Below, piece by piece: positions 1-13,660 of a stretch of DNA of 64,000 bases. This DNA is from Amoebidium appalachense (Eukaryota > Protista > Ichthyosporea). The notes under the pieces were generated by a model. It saw only the letters and a program-made list of their open reading frames with translations. It did no database searches and had not been told where the DNA came from. The stretch lies in NCBI GenBank assembly GCA_963693365.1, contig CAVNZM010000016.1:7423029-7487028 (forward strand), given 5' to 3'. The position numbers and the translations under genes were made by a program. Every line of letters begins with the position of its first letter. Position 1 is the stretch's first letter.

Positions 1-369
1 TGGAGGTATCGAGACCAGCTAGGAGGGAATAATGGGCAGAGTGGCTTAGACGAGTGGGCTGTTGGGAACTCTGGGAAGTCCTATAATTCTTATTCTTCAA
101 GCACCCACCAACCTGCACACACTCGATGCATCCAACTCTGCTATATGTGTCGTGTGCTGCCATATGCAGGCAAGCAGGGGCGGCATGGGGCAATCATAGG
201 CGGTGCAGTGCACGGTAATGTGGTGCAGGCATCGATGTAACACGTGTGGTGTCTGTAGGCACTGATCTAGTGTGTGTGGGTGTGCACATCGTGATATCAT
301 ATTGGTACGTCCAATGAATGATACCATGCTTGGGTGCACGTATAGTGATGTGTTTGTATCAATCTGCAG

Positions 370-1169
370 GCAGTTCAAGAAGAGGGCGCCACGGGCCATC
401 AAGGCCGTGAAGGCGTTTGCCAGCAAGGCCATGGGCACCAAGGATGTGCGCCTCGACACGCGCCTCAACAAGCACATCTGGTCCAGCGGCGTGCGCAACG
501 TGCCCAGGCGCGTGCGTGTGCGTCTGAGCCGCAAGCGCAACGAGGACGAGGATGCCGAGGAGAAGCTCTACACCCTCGTCACCTTCGTGCCCGTCGCTGA
601 CTTCCACGGTGCGTGCACGTGCTGGGGGGAGGGGGGCTACAGGGGCGTGTGTCTGGGGAGAGAGAGTGCGGGGTGGTGTTTTTTTGGGGAGCGGGGGCGG
701 GGAGTCAAATTAAGGGAATAATGTTGGGGGTGTGTGTGCGCTCCTGTATTCGGGGTTGGCTATCGTGCAGGTGCTGCGTGGAAGCCTTTGCTGGTGGTTT
801 ATGGGTATGGTGCTGGTGGTGGTAGTGGAGGGGGGATGATGGGGGGATAGTTGCAGCCATGTGTGTGTGGGGCATAATGAGACCGTGGGGATGAGGGGAG
901 AGGAGAATGTTTAGGGTGGTGGCGAATGTGTTTGTGCAGCGGGCACGTGGGTTAGAGTTCTGTCATTGGATAGGTGTGGGTTCGAATTTTTCCTGCACGT
1001 GTGTGTGGGTACTGTTTGTGCTTGCATGCATGTGTGGGGTGTGCATGAGGGTGGTGAGGTTGTTTGGGTATGTGTGTGTTGGGTGTTTTTGGGTTTGATA
1101 AGCCTGTTTTGTGACTGACACATTGCGCCGTGTGCAGGCCTGGAGACCAAGGTTGTCGACGAGGAGTAA
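370..1169 (+). CDS. RPL31: 60S ribosomal protein L31 (5'-partial; exons 370-608, 1138-1169)
   Basis: [71 protein letters not shown] is the eL31 signature. cag|G acceptor at 369, G|gt donor at 609; last exon gives [13 protein letters not shown]. First exon lies upstream of the window. Confidence 0.97.
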
Positions 1170-2360
1170 ATAAAGTCCCTGTGGGATACCCCTCGTCCAT
1201 GCGGTCCTTGTTTGTGTTTTTTTTTTGGGGGGGGGGGGGGGGTTGCACTTCAAAGGGTGCCGGGTAATGATATGTGTTGGGTACGTGCATGGTGTCTGGT
1301 GTGTCTGTGCACTTACTGTGTCTGCCACGATGTACGGCCGACGTGTCCATGTGTGTATTTGGTGGGGCATATGAAGGGGGCATAGAGTTGAGGGGGGTGA
1401 TGTGAGGACGGGGAGGGGGGGGGGGGGGGGTCGTGGCTGCTTGCCGTGTGCTGCTAGCAGACATTGTGATTTTGCATGCTTGTCACTGCTGTTTCTAATG
1501 CGGTGCACATGGTCTTGCATTCAGAGCATGTGAGTGCTACAAGCATATTGGTTTGCACCGAGTTTGCAAGTGTGTCGTGCACTTTGCAACGTTTCTTGCT
1601 TTTTGTCTCTCCCCCCCCCCCCCTGCGGCCCAAATTTGGTCCCAACCCAATTGATATACCCAACCATGCTCATACGTTGCACCCATGCTTAAACAGTAAT
1701 GTGCATGCCAAAGCCAACAAGTCAAGGAGAAAGAGAAACCCCTTTTGTGTCTATTTCTTCACTGCTCGGAATTTATGCAGTCGATCGCGCGATCGAAAGT
1801 CAGTGCATGGGCTCAGTAACGTTCTGGTGGATCCGTGAACAATATTTGGTGTTGGGTCAACATATAGCTTGCCTTTTTCGAGTGATTGCAATCTCCCGAT
1901 TTATATGGGTAGTTTTACTGAGCTCTTTGGCATGTGTTGCAAATAAGCCAGAGCACAAGGATAAATTATGTGTTCTGCACTGCATAGACGTCGATCTAAA
2001 GACCAGCTTCAGACTTATAAGGTGCGACTATCACGTGCTGTAATGCCGTTCATCAGATTGCTATATATATTCTGCAGCGTGCGAGTGTGTGTGGTATAGG
2101 TACATGTGTACTGCGCATACAAGTGGCTGTGATGGGCAGGCACGTGTGCACATGGCAATGTGTGTGTACATGTACGGGCTATAACAGAGGTAGGGGTGTG
2201 TGTGTGTGTGTGCCGTTGGTCGTGGTTGTGCTACGCACCCACCAACAGCATAAATTCATACATTGCACTGCACTTTACTGTATCGCCCATACAACCCGCA
2301 CCCGCATACAAATGTAATCACAACACATTCATTCCTTCTACGTGCATCCACCCCCATGAT

Positions 2361-4092
2361 CTAGAATGTTGGTTCATCATCCCCATCATCCATATCATCC
2401 CCCTCCCCATCATCAAAGTAACTCTCAATATAATCATTTGCTTCCTCTTCCTCTTCCTCCTCCACACACTCTCCCTCCTCCTCCTCCTCCTTCTCTCCCT
2501 CTTTCTCTTCATCCTCCCTCTCTCTCTTCTCCAATTCTCTCAACTGTTCCTCACTCATTAGTGCTCTCTGTGCGGCTGTAACCTTCTGTCTCCTCTCCTT
2601 CTTTTTCTGCTTCCTGACTTGGTCTGCTGGCATCAACTCCTGTGGGTAGTGCTGTGTGCACACTGTCAGTAAATTAAGGCAACTTAGGGGATAGTTTGCT
2701 GGCAATGTGATCGGGGGATCCAATCGATCGGAATCGATCAAATTCCAGTCTGTGAGCCGGGTGAAATTGTCACTTTAGGGGCTTTTAATTACAAGCTGTC
2801 TAAGTTTCGAAGCTAGATCCAGAGGGAATGACCACATAAATTTGCCCTGAAAATAAAATCCTTCAAATAAGGTGGGGGGTGATTACATAAAAAAGTTTTA
2901 ATTTCAGCCCCTCGTAGGGCCTTATTCTACCCTCTCTATAATTGCTTATGCTAAGCAAAACATGGGTGCCTCAACTGAGGCCTACCACTCCCCCGGACAA
3001 AATGATTCTGGGTAATTACCCCCCACTTTATAAGTGCATTTTCATTTTCTCCCAAAGTTTATGCGGTCAATCGTCCAGGAGCTAAGCGGGGTTTATAGTG
3101 CAAATCGAACTTTCGGACAGTTCGGCATCAATTGATCGACTGGATCAATTTTGGAATTTGGTCGATCTCGATCCGTTGCGCACCCCCAACTAAAATCCAT
3201 CCCCTGAGTCTCCTTAAAGGCACACGTGTTTTGCTATCTTTAACCTCCAGAGCATAGGCGCACAAAGAGCATGCATGTGCACACACACCGAGACAAAAGG
3301 CATGCATGTGTATACACACCCATCCCACAATGCTACCCCCGCACATGACAACACCACGGCACAAGCAGATCTCAAGCACAAAGCCAAACACCTAATGACC
3401 CAGGAAATATTGACCATTCACAGTGAGCAGCAGACACCCTAATTAGAAGCTGTGCGGTGGGACTTGTGCTCATATCAAATATTGTGGTGTGCAGCCATGT
3501 AAAACCGACATGCACAGAAACTATCACCACCGATGCACAGACAAAAACACATGCACTCATTCACACTGACAAGACCACAGGGTTACCCCCCACAGATGCA
3601 AAAGGTGCCACATGCAGACAACCATGCAAACAGAAACACATACAAATGAGCGCCATCGTGTCTCCTTAGCACACACCATCTATGCAACCAAATTTCTAAC
3701 GTAATGTCTAGACCCGTGCATACACACCACTTGCCAGACACCATGCAGCCCTAAATGGGTTAAACCAAGGTCTGCGCCAGTGTACATATGCCCATGCAAG
3801 CAGACGGCTGCTAGACAATCACGTGTGGGGTAGGTACATGTGCAGGGTGTGTCTGTGTCCATGTATGAATACGGTAACCAAGCATCAATGCAGTGTCTAC
3901 ATGCGTATGGGTAGGTGAATTGGTTGCACACGTGTGTGTGTGTCTGTCTGTGTGTGTGTGTGTGTTAATGTGTGTGCGCGCACGTGTGTGTATCCAGTGA
4001 GTGTGAATGAATGGGTGGGAAGGGGTGTGTGTGGGCAGTGAATGTGGATGTGGGTGGGAGGGTGTGTGTGTGTATGTGTGTGTGTGTGTGTA

Positions 4093-4152
<60 letters not shown>

Positions 4153-4786
4153 CGCGCACGCGCACGTGTGTACAATGAGTATGGATGGGTGGGTAAGATT
4201 ATGTATGTGCGTGCTAACCCTAACATTGCCATTTATATATGCAACCCACCTTCCATGCTGCCCCAGTAATAGTTGATCTGATGTTTGGTGGGGGTGCAGC
4301 CCCCTGCCTGTATTTGTCCGTGTATCTTTCTAGCTCGTTCTTGGGCCGTGGCACCGCCACAAAACATCTGCCCAGCTGCATGGCACGTGACAGCTCGTAG
4401 CAGCGCCGCACCATAAACTCCATGTCTGCATGCACACAAATTTAGTCACCAAAAATATCCCCCCCCCCCCCCCTCTTCCCTCCGTGTCTCCTTTGAACAC
4501 ATGTGACCGTTTGCAAGAATTCAGTCCCCACAAGTCAACACAGCAGTACATACGGACAATCAGAAACACACAGGCAGAGAGATAGGTGTTGAACAGCATC
4601 GTGCGGCTACAGCGGTTACGAAGAGGATTAGGGCACAGGGAGGAAGGGTGTGGGTGGGCCAGAAAGGGGAAGGGAACATACAGCCACGAGTAGACAAAAA
4701 AACATGACATGTAGAGGCGCACTACCAATGCCCATATGCACACTCTCTATAATTGTTTGTGCTTCAAAGGTACCCCGGGGAAGGAA

Positions 4787-4817
<31 letters not shown>

Positions 4818-5455
4818 GGGGGGTTTAAATGCGGAACACGGTACGAAGTACGCATACACGAAGGACACATGCAAAGGCAAACATTCAAGTTTGCAACATC
4901 AGCCATGCGCACAGTATGTGTCATAAGCAGAGCCCATCCTCAGGGAGGGCCCAAGTCATCAATCGAATCTGAGTTTCGACCCCTTAGCCCGCGTATATAC
5001 GACTCTCCAACTCAGACTCAGCATCAACTGAACTTGGGAGGGTCAACCCGTCTTGATCAAAGACGAGCAGGGTTGCTTATGCAAGCAAGGGAGCAAAACG
5101 GTGAATATGTGTGCGCAAATTAATGCAGTGCAGCGGAAAATGCGTATGTGCTTACAGATGCACGACACAGAGCAACCATGCCCGGTTGCATGGAAGTAAA
5201 GCGGTCTCCACACAGTGGTCTGTCCTGAAAGGACACCTCTGAAAGAAAACTGGGGGGGTTTGAATGCGGAACACGGTACGAAGCACGCATACACGATGAG
5301 AAGCATGGTGCAGGACACATGCAAAGGCAAACATTCAAGTATGCAGCATCAGCCGGGAGGGGGGGGGGGGGGGGGGTTTGAATGCGGAACACGGTACGAA
5401 GTACGCATAAACGAAGGACAAATGCAAAGGCAAACATTCAAGTATGCAACATCAG

Positions 5456-5496
<41 letters not shown>

Positions 5497-5817
5497 GGGA
5501 GGGGGGGAGGGAGGGGTACGCATAACAGCATGAAAAAAAACATTAGAGGGGTGCACTCATGCTTAGTTGTATTGTGTTTTCACCTCCGGGTTGAAGAAAG
5601 GCAGGGAGGGGGGGGGGAAGGGGGGGGGGGGGGGGAGGGGGAGGGGGGGAAAGGAGGAAGACAGACCTTTATGTGTGTGTGTGTGGGGGGTGGGGGGGGG
5701 ACTGGAGAAGGGAGGGTAGAATGTGTTACAGAGTACGACGTAAACATTCACGACTCACAGCACAAAGCAGACTGCAAACCATGCATACGGAATATGCATT
5801 ATTTATAAGGGGAAAAA

Positions 5818-5848
<31 letters not shown>

Positions 5849-5971
5849 GGAGAGAGAGAGAGAGAGGGTGAAGGTGGGCCGTAGGGAAATGCAGGTTCAT
5901 CAACATCTAAGTTTTTTTTTTTTTTTTTTGCTGTGTGTGTGTGTGTGTGGGTTGGGGGTGGTGGTGGTGGT

Positions 5972-6008
<37 letters not shown>

Positions 6009-6852
6009 TGGAGGAGGAGGAGGGGGGGGGGGGGGGGGGGGGGGAGAGATAGAGATAGAGAGAGAGAGAGGAAGATAGAGAGATACAGAGGGGGTGCGGG
6101 GAGTGGAAGGGGGGAGAGGGGGGGGGGGGGGGGAGAGAGAGAGAGAAGGCGAGGGAGAGATAGGGAAAGGGAGAGGGGAGGGGGAGGTTTGAATGCGTCA
6201 AAAAGTACGAAGTACACAAGAACAAACGGATAACACGATGCAGAATGCAAGCCATACATAAAGAGTATGCATAATAAGCAGAGCCCATCCTCAGGGGGGG
6301 CCCACGTCATCCACAGTACCCGAGTTTCGACCTGGGGGGGAAGGGACAGAGAGAGGCAGAGAGAGAGGGGGGGAGACAGAGAGAGAGAGAGAGAAAGCCA
6401 GCAAAACAGCCTCGAAGGGAGAAATACACACAAGAGAAAGAAAGCAAGAAAGAGAGAGGGGGAGAGGAGAGGAGGGATAGGAAAAGGGAGAGAGAGCAAG
6501 AGCTTGCCCTCTATCTTCGCTTCTCCAGGGAGCAACCAATGCGTGTCTAGCACCCACAGTAACAAAAAAAAACACAGACAGAAGCAACAGCACGGGGCTT
6601 AAAAATAGAGAAGGAGTTCGCTGGTGCAGGTGCACACACAAGAGGTTGCAAGCAAAAGGCTTAGGCACAAACACACGTTGGAGCCTACCGTCAAAGAGCA
6701 GATGCGCAAGCGAACACATGCACTTTTATACGCACACAGCACGTGCGCATCCTCCCCCACCCCCTGCACAGACACACAGACACAGACGCACACATGCACG
6801 CACGCACACACACACGCGCGCGCACGCACCGCACGGACCCACGCACCCCCCC

Positions 6853-6883
<31 letters not shown>

Positions 6884-7164
6884 ACATACACAAACACACA
6901 CACACAAACACACACACACACGGCACGGGCACAGCCTAAGGACACACAATGCAGAAAACGTTTTACGCATGGGCACAAAGTCAAACGCTATTTTTCTACC
7001 CACCCTGCCACACAGCCCCAACCATGCCTGCGCGTGCGCGCGTCTTGAGAGAATTCTACGCATCCACATGCACACCCGCATACATAAGCGCATATAAAAT
7101 CCCCCGCACGTTCACAAAAAGCACAAAACACACACGCACACGCACACGCACACGCACACACACA

Positions 7165-7213
<49 letters not shown>

Positions 7214-7509
7214 CCCTCCCCCCCCCCCAGCATGCAAACACAGGCACGCGCACGCACGCGCACACACACACACGCACGCGCACGCACACACACGCACGCA
7301 CACACACGCACACACACGCACGCACCTTGGTCCTCGTCTAGGGGCTGGGGGTCTGTTGCCCTTGGCGGGAACAGTGGCGGTGGCTGCTGGTGCAGGGCTG
7401 CCGCAAGGCCCTGGGCCCCGCCAAGCGCCGCAAGTCTGGCCGGGTCAAGGGGGGTGCCCGCGTGCATGGGCGGGCCACCCCGCCCACGTCCACGTCCGCG
7501 CCCTGCCAT
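2361..7509 (-). CDS. POLR3G: RNA polymerase III subunit RPC7/C31 (exons 7509-7326, 4425-4250, 2651-2361)
   Basis: N-terminal [11 protein letters not shown]...PPPLFPP, middle ELERYTDKY...WK/HYPQEL, acidic C-terminus [30 protein letters not shown], all typical of C31/RPC7. Splice phases are consistent. Confidence 0.92.
2712..3186. mobile_element. Degenerate foldback/MITE-like element in POLR3G intron 2
   Basis: Left GGGGGATCCAATCGATCGGAATCGATCAAATTCCA resembles the reverse complement of the right end, GGGGTGCGCAACGGATCGAGATCGACCAAATTCCA. Internal arms (~2810-2900 vs ~3000-3088) are also inverted homologues. No clear TSD. Confidence 0.7.
4824..5250 (-). mobile_element. Poly-C-ending retroelement, subfamily A, longest copy, with permuted hammerhead (4929-5038)
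   Basis: Homologous to copies at 5259-5354, 5377-5457, 15176-15353 and 63625-63805. The 3' end ...CGCATT(T/C)AAA abuts poly-C. The 5' boundary is approximate. Confidence 0.8.
4929..5038 (-). ncRNA. Candidate rearranged (non-circularly permuted) hammerhead ribozyme, subfamily A
   Basis: Minus-strand RNA: GAGUCUGAG-UU/GGAGAG ... GGGGUC-GAAA-CUCAGAUUC ... CCCUCC-CUGAGGA-U-GGGCUCU. Stems I, II and III can all form; predicted cleavage between 5009 and 5008. Confidence 0.75.
5259..5457 (-). mobile_element. Two tandem 5'-truncated subfamily A copies (5259-5354, 5377-5457)
   Basis: Same 3' end as the 4824 copy, each flanked by G runs on the + strand. Confidence 0.8.
5717..5805 (-). mobile_element. 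Diverged 3' end of the same retroelement superfamily (subfamily C)
   Basis: Reverse complement ATGCATATTCCGTATGCATGGTTTGCAGTCTGC...GTTTACGTCGTACTCTGTAACACATTCTA-CCC aligns with subfamily B ATGCATACTCTTTATGTATGGCTTGCATTCTGC...GTGTACTTCGTACTTTTTGACGCATTCAAA-CCC. Related ends at ~10420-10496 and ~10860-10913 (+). Confidence 0.65.
6188..6333 (-). mobile_element. Subfamily B retroelement copy, 5'-truncated
   Basis: Near-identical to 10161-10321 and 32682-32827; G runs on both sides. Confidence 0.8.
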
Positions 7510-8495
7510 CGTCCGTGCACGCGCAGAAAGAAGGTTTCTTTTTTTCGTGCAGCACACTCGCGGAACCGTGACAAAACGCACACTCATAAGCTCAGAGCTG
7601 CAAGTGGAGCTTACATGTGTGCCGGGATAGACCAATTGATTTTGGGAGATAACCAATTTTGGGGATATCATACAATCTCGATGACTGTTGTATGTTTAGC
7701 TTACAAAAGCCCAATAGCTGTTTAAAAAGCTGAATAAAGAAATATAATAACTATATGATTTCTTTTTCTGTATGTGTGATTGAACCCGCATTTCCGACAA
7801 ACTACAAAGTAAAAAGAGTTGGAGTGAATGCAAGTTACATGAAATTTATATTCCCCCTAGCTTTAGTCTGGGATTTTCCAGGGTTTTGGCGCCAAAATTC
7901 CTAATATGTATCAGCAATCACCATGGCCTACTTCCGAATCGGGCCGATTTGCTGGCATATTGTACACATTCGGTGTTCGCAAACAATAAGTAATGCATTA
8001 GAGAGAGAAAAAAGCACATATCTGTAATAATATTATTTTAAGAGTACTTGGGTTGCTATAATTGCTATACCACAGGAACATACATTTGGGGAAGGTCAAA
8101 CATCTCTTGTGCATCATGAACCGATTGAATCGGCCTGGCCCATCGGCTCGACTCGGATGTCGGCGACACCTTGATTGCGTCATCGACGGCCAGTCGTCTC
8201 TTTTTCCTTCAAAGTTTTCGTTTCCTTTCAAACTTCCTCCCACCACCCTTTGCACAAAACACCCGTGTTACCGTGCTTAGTTGTCAACCAAAACACCCAT
8301 CCATCACCCTAACTACTGGCTTTATAGAGCTTGAACCAGCTGGAAGGTGGCAACGTAGTTTTTGAGCCAAATAGGAAGCTAACATTAGGGGTCGGTTTTT
8401 TGCGAGAGGCCTTTCTCCTACGTTACGAACTCGGCTCCTTGCGCCGACACTTTGAAAGGTCTCCTGGTGAGCAGCCCGCGGTGGTGAGCGGCAAA
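7510..8495. promoter_or_regulatory. Divergent (probably bidirectional) promoter region between POLR3G and UBE2L3
   Basis: Head-to-head start codons about 1 kb apart; AT-rich and free of microsatellites. No specific motif asserted. Confidence 0.55.
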
Positions 8496-8586
8496 ATGAG
8501 CGCCGTAAAACGCATAGCTAAGGTGTGTGCGTGTGCGTGTGCGTGTGCGTGTGCGTGTGCGTGTGCGTGCGTGCGTGCGTGCGTGC

Positions 8587-8662
<76 letters not shown>

Positions 8663-8884
8663 CTGCGTGTGCCTGTGCGCGCGTGTGTGCGTGTAGCGGG
8701 CGTGTGCATGTGTTTGCGTGTTGGCCTGTCGTTATTGCGCGCGCGCGCGTGTGCCTGTGTGAGTGGTGCGTACTTGCGTGCATGTCCTCTCAGGCCTGCT
8801 TTCCTTTGTGTGTGTGCTTGTCAGCGTGCGTGCGTGCGTGCGTGCGTGACCCTTTCGTGTTGGCGGACGTGTGTGTGTTTGTAC

Positions 8885-8968
<84 letters not shown>

Positions 8969-10605
8969 CGGGGGAGGTACGCGTGAAACCAGGACACTGG
9001 CATGTGTGCATGTCCGTGTGAGTGCGTGCGTGGGTGCTTGTACTGATGGTGCTGGTCGTGTGTGTGAATATGGTGTGCTGTCTCGGCCCTGACACCAAGA
9101 AGTGTGAGCGGTGTCGGCAAGGGCGTAGGGCCCCATCCATTTTTGCTCACAAGGCCGGCCCCCCCTCCCCCCTCCCCTCACCCCCCTCCCTCCCGTTCCC
9201 AGTATTCCCCCCTCCTCCTCCTTCTCCCCCCCCCCCCCCCCCCTTCCCCTCCCCCTCCGCCCCGGAAGATCCCGCACCTTTGCTGACTTGTTACAATGTA
9301 CACCTCTTCCATTTTACAAAAAGCTGTCCCCCTCCCCCCCCCCCCCCCGCCTCCTTGGTGCTTTGATTCTTCATACCCCCGCCTCTCCACCCATCTGTCC
9401 ACCCACCATGCACGAGTGGTGTAGGTTCTGTTTTGTCGTTTTTCTTCTCTCTCCCCTTCGGCACTTTGCAGAGTTACTCTTTGTGCCTTGCCTCCACCCC
9501 ACCCCCTGCTTACCATCTGCTATGGGGTACACAGGGATGGAGAGAGGGTGTGTGTGGGTGAGTGTGTGTATGCCGATGTTGTTTGTGTCAGTGTGTAGGG
9601 GGGCTGTCTAAGGAGAGGGCGGAGGTGGCGGTAGTGTGGGAAAGGAGGGATCCAGAAGTTATGTGGAGGTTGGCACACTGTTGCTCCTTTTCTGTGCTTT
9701 GACTTCCTCTGTTGCGTGGTGCGTGCGTACACATGTGCGTGTGTGCATGCAAATGTGTGTGTAAGATGTGCTGATGCACACACCTTGCTTGCATTTGTAG
9801 GTGTACATTTTTGTATGCCGCAATTCTTTGTGTGTGGTGGTGGTGATGTGTTTTGGTGTGTGTTTGTGTCTGCATAGGGGAGAGGTGTGGTGGTGGTGAT
9901 GGGTTTTTGTGTGTGTTTGCGTGTGTATAGGGGAAGGGTGGGTGGTGGTGGTGGTCGGGGGGGAGAGGGGGGGGGGGGGGAGGGGGGCCATTATTGAGGA
10001 GGGGGATACCTTCTGCCTTTTCTTCTTAGGTGCACCCTAATTGTGTGTTGCTGCGCCTGTCCATGATGTGGTGGTGCTGTGTGCAGCGATTTGTGTTAGA
10101 AGTCTCTCTCTGCCCCCCCCCCCCCCCCTCCGCCCCCCCCCCCCCCCCCCCCCCCCCCCCTTAACGAGGGGAATAGGTCGAAACTCGGGTACTGTGGATG
10201 ACGTGGGCCCCCCCTGAGGATGGGCTCTGCTTATTATGCATACTCTTTATGTATGGCTTGCATTCTGCATCGTGTTATCCGTTTGTTCTTGTGTACTTCG
10301 TACTTTTTGACGCATTCAAAACCCCCCTCCCCCCACCCACCCACCCACCCACCCCACCCCACCCCACCCTCGGGGTATCGTATTCTGTAGCTTGTTCTAA
10401 CCCCTTCCCCCTCATAATCCTTGTGTGTGCTTTGCGCTCTACATGTGTTGTTTGGCATGAATGTGTACTTTATGCTGCATAGGGCATTCTAAACTGCCCC
10501 CCCCCCCCCCCCCCCCCCCCCTCCCTCCCTCCTTCTCCCCCTCTGCCCTCCTCAATCCCCCTCCCCCCACCCGATCGCACGCACACACGCACACACGCAC
10601 GCGCA

Positions 10606-10659
<54 letters not shown>

Positions 10660-10739
10660 TACGCGCAAAGCTGATTCCCATTTTTGGGTGCTTATATTTT
10701 TCAGCATCACTGCCTCTGTGTAGATTTGCTCCCCCCCTG

Positions 10740-10820
<81 letters not shown>

Positions 10821-11187
10821 ATAAGTACAATGAAGTAAAAGGGGAACGGAAAAATAAGAATCCGTTGTATTATTCGCAATGAATGTTTACTTCCTATTCC
10901 GTAACACATCTTACCCCCCCCCCCCCCCCCCCCCCCCCCGGCCCACCACCACCTCCACTGACGCATGCCCTCTAGGAGTATGCGGAGTTGATCGAGAACC
11001 CGTTGGCTGCATACCGCAACCTACAGGCAGATGAAAGCAACATGTTCCTGTGGTCGGGCCTGCTCGTGCCGGTAGGAGGGGTTTAATGGGTGGGGGGGTT
11101 CGTGCGCATGTGGAGGGTGGGAGACGGGGATCTTGCCGTGTGCACGTGTGTGGTGGTGACGGGGTGGGTGGACGTGCCCGCGGGAGT

Positions 11188-11254
<67 letters not shown>

Positions 11255-11756
11255 GGCGGGGCGCCCAGGGGGGGGGGGGGGGGGGGGGGTGCTGTTTGGG
11301 ATTTTTGTTTTTTTGGGATGGGGCCTCGCAGCAGGGGTCTAATTTTTGGCACATTTGAACGAGGTGGTTGGGTTGGAAGGAGGAGAGAAGTATGCCGGCA
11401 ATGGTGGGTGTGTTGGCTATGGAGTGGGGATGGAGGGGCTCTGAATTACGTCTTTCAAAATGGGTCTATGAGATGCAGTGGTAGAAGATGGGGGGGTCAT
11501 GCGAGGGTGTGTGTGAGTTTTGTGGGCATACACATGCCACTTTCCCTATCAGACTTGATGTGTGTTTTTGCTGATGGCGGGGCTTTTACAGGACAAGGCA
11601 CCCTACAACAAGGGGGCATACAAGTTCATTATCGAGTTCCCAGACAAATACCCGTTCAAGCCCCCAAAGGTAGAACACCTGGAACACTGTGTTCTTGCTT
11701 GTGTTTCTTCTTTGGAGTAACAGCATGCATGCACACACAATGGTTTGGGTCGTCTG

Positions 11757-11821
<65 letters not shown>

Positions 11822-12243
11822 GCCGTGACTACTTTCATTGCCAAATTCCAGCCTTAGGCAACCACGACTGGGCTGTAACATACACCCTCTAGGGGCATGT
11901 GTGCCTGTGTTTGTTCTTTCTGATCTAGGCATAATGAAGCAGTTGTTGCCAATAGCCTCAATGGTATGTTTGTCACCTATCTCGCAAGGCATTGCTCTCC
12001 CCCCATCGGTCCGGTTTGGTCCGGTCCACGACCCTTGCCGGTCCGGTCCCGGTCCCGAACCGGTTTTTTTCAAGGCTTTTCGGCCCGTCACCCACCGGGT
12101 GGCTTACGTAAGTGGGGTGGTGCGGTGGTGCTGGCCATGGGAGCATCACATGTACACATCGCATGTGTCACCATCGCAACTACTATTAGTTGTAGCTACA
12201 ACACTGTGTGTGTGTGTGTGGTGGTGGTGGTGGTGGTGGTGGT

Positions 12244-12286
<43 letters not shown>

Positions 12287-12516
12287 CTGTTGGCAGTCTT
12301 CCGGGGGGATTAGTTACGGCCATCTCAACTGGTGGTGCTGCATGCTCCAATCGAAAGAAGCCTTCTGAGGCTCCTAGGCAGGCACCGGGCCAGCCCTCGT
12401 GGAAACCGCCCTCCCCTCCCTTCCCACCCCCTTCTCCCTCATATATATACACAATAACATAAAGCTTTTTATTCTAGAAACACCCCTCTTGTGTGTGTGT
12501 ATGTAATATATATATA

Positions 12517-12595
<79 letters not shown>

Positions 12596-13624
12596 TGTGT
12601 GTGTAAAAAATCCCCCGTTTGAACCGGTCTTCGATCTTGAGGACCGGTCCGGTTGGGTCCGACCCCGGACCGTCGGTTCGGTCCGAACCGGCAATGCCTT
12701 GGAAGATAGTGGGAATATGGATTATCCCAATGTGCCTATTGGTCAGTGTATCTACCAGTGCGTTTGTCTGGGTGGTGCTCAGGTAGGCCTTGTGCCCTCC
12801 CAGTGTATGCACCGAACATCATAAATTTTGTTCCACCCCATATAGTATATCCAATGAGCGGTATATCCACAACGTGCCAACACTCACTTTTATACACAGG
12901 TCGTATTCAAGACGCGCATGTACCACCCCAACATCGACAAGGACGGCAACATTTGCATGGGCCTACTCAAGCAGGATGCTTGGAAGCCCGCCACAAAGGT
13001 GGTCCAGAGTACGTGCAACCCTGCATGCTGTGTCTGTGCACACCTTGTGCACGTGCTTGGGCCTGTCTCTGCACACGTGTGTCTATCTGTAACCATGCCC
13101 CCGCACGATCCACTTCTTCAACTTGCTCTTGCATGCTCTCCTCGATAGACACGTATGCTCTCTTGCCCTGCACGTGCATGGCCTCTTGTGGTGATCTCTT
13201 TTGATCGTTCCTACGTACACACATTTATACTCCTTTCGTCGTTTTATATATTCTCTCTTACCTTTGCATTTTCAAGCAGACACTTACATGCCCTCTTACC
13301 TCTTATGGGTATACTACCACCTGGGTGCCGCCTTGTTTATGCCCAAGTGCCAGCACATGCATGAGTGCAAGCACGGTCGTGTCTGTATGTGGGCCCAGGC
13401 AGATTTTTGGTGTTTGTGTACAAGGCTTGCACCTGCACACGTGCATCCCTGCGCACAGCACAAACATACGGTTTTTATGTAACCCACCGCTTCCACGTAC
13501 TCATTACGTGTATCCAACCTTATGTTCCCAACCGACCCGCGTGCATACACGCACACACGCCTTCTTGCATGCACACATTCGCACACGCACAGTCACGCAC
13601 ACGCACACGCACACACACACACAC

Positions 13625-13660
<36 letters not shown>

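Noticed and set aside
200-345. Hairpins in the RPL31 intron as snoRNA or miRNA
   Set aside because: Pairing is present but boxes and spacing are unconvincing; not supportable without small-RNA data.
4950-4990. tRNA-derived SINE B-box (GAGTTTCGACCC) in families A/B
   Set aside because: No A box or cloverleaf; the motif is the reverse complement of the hammerhead GUC-GAAAC-UC strand.
12340-12380. Another hammerhead (TCGAAAG...CTGAGGC)
   Set aside because: The core lacks A9 (CUGAGGC) and matching stems could not be built.
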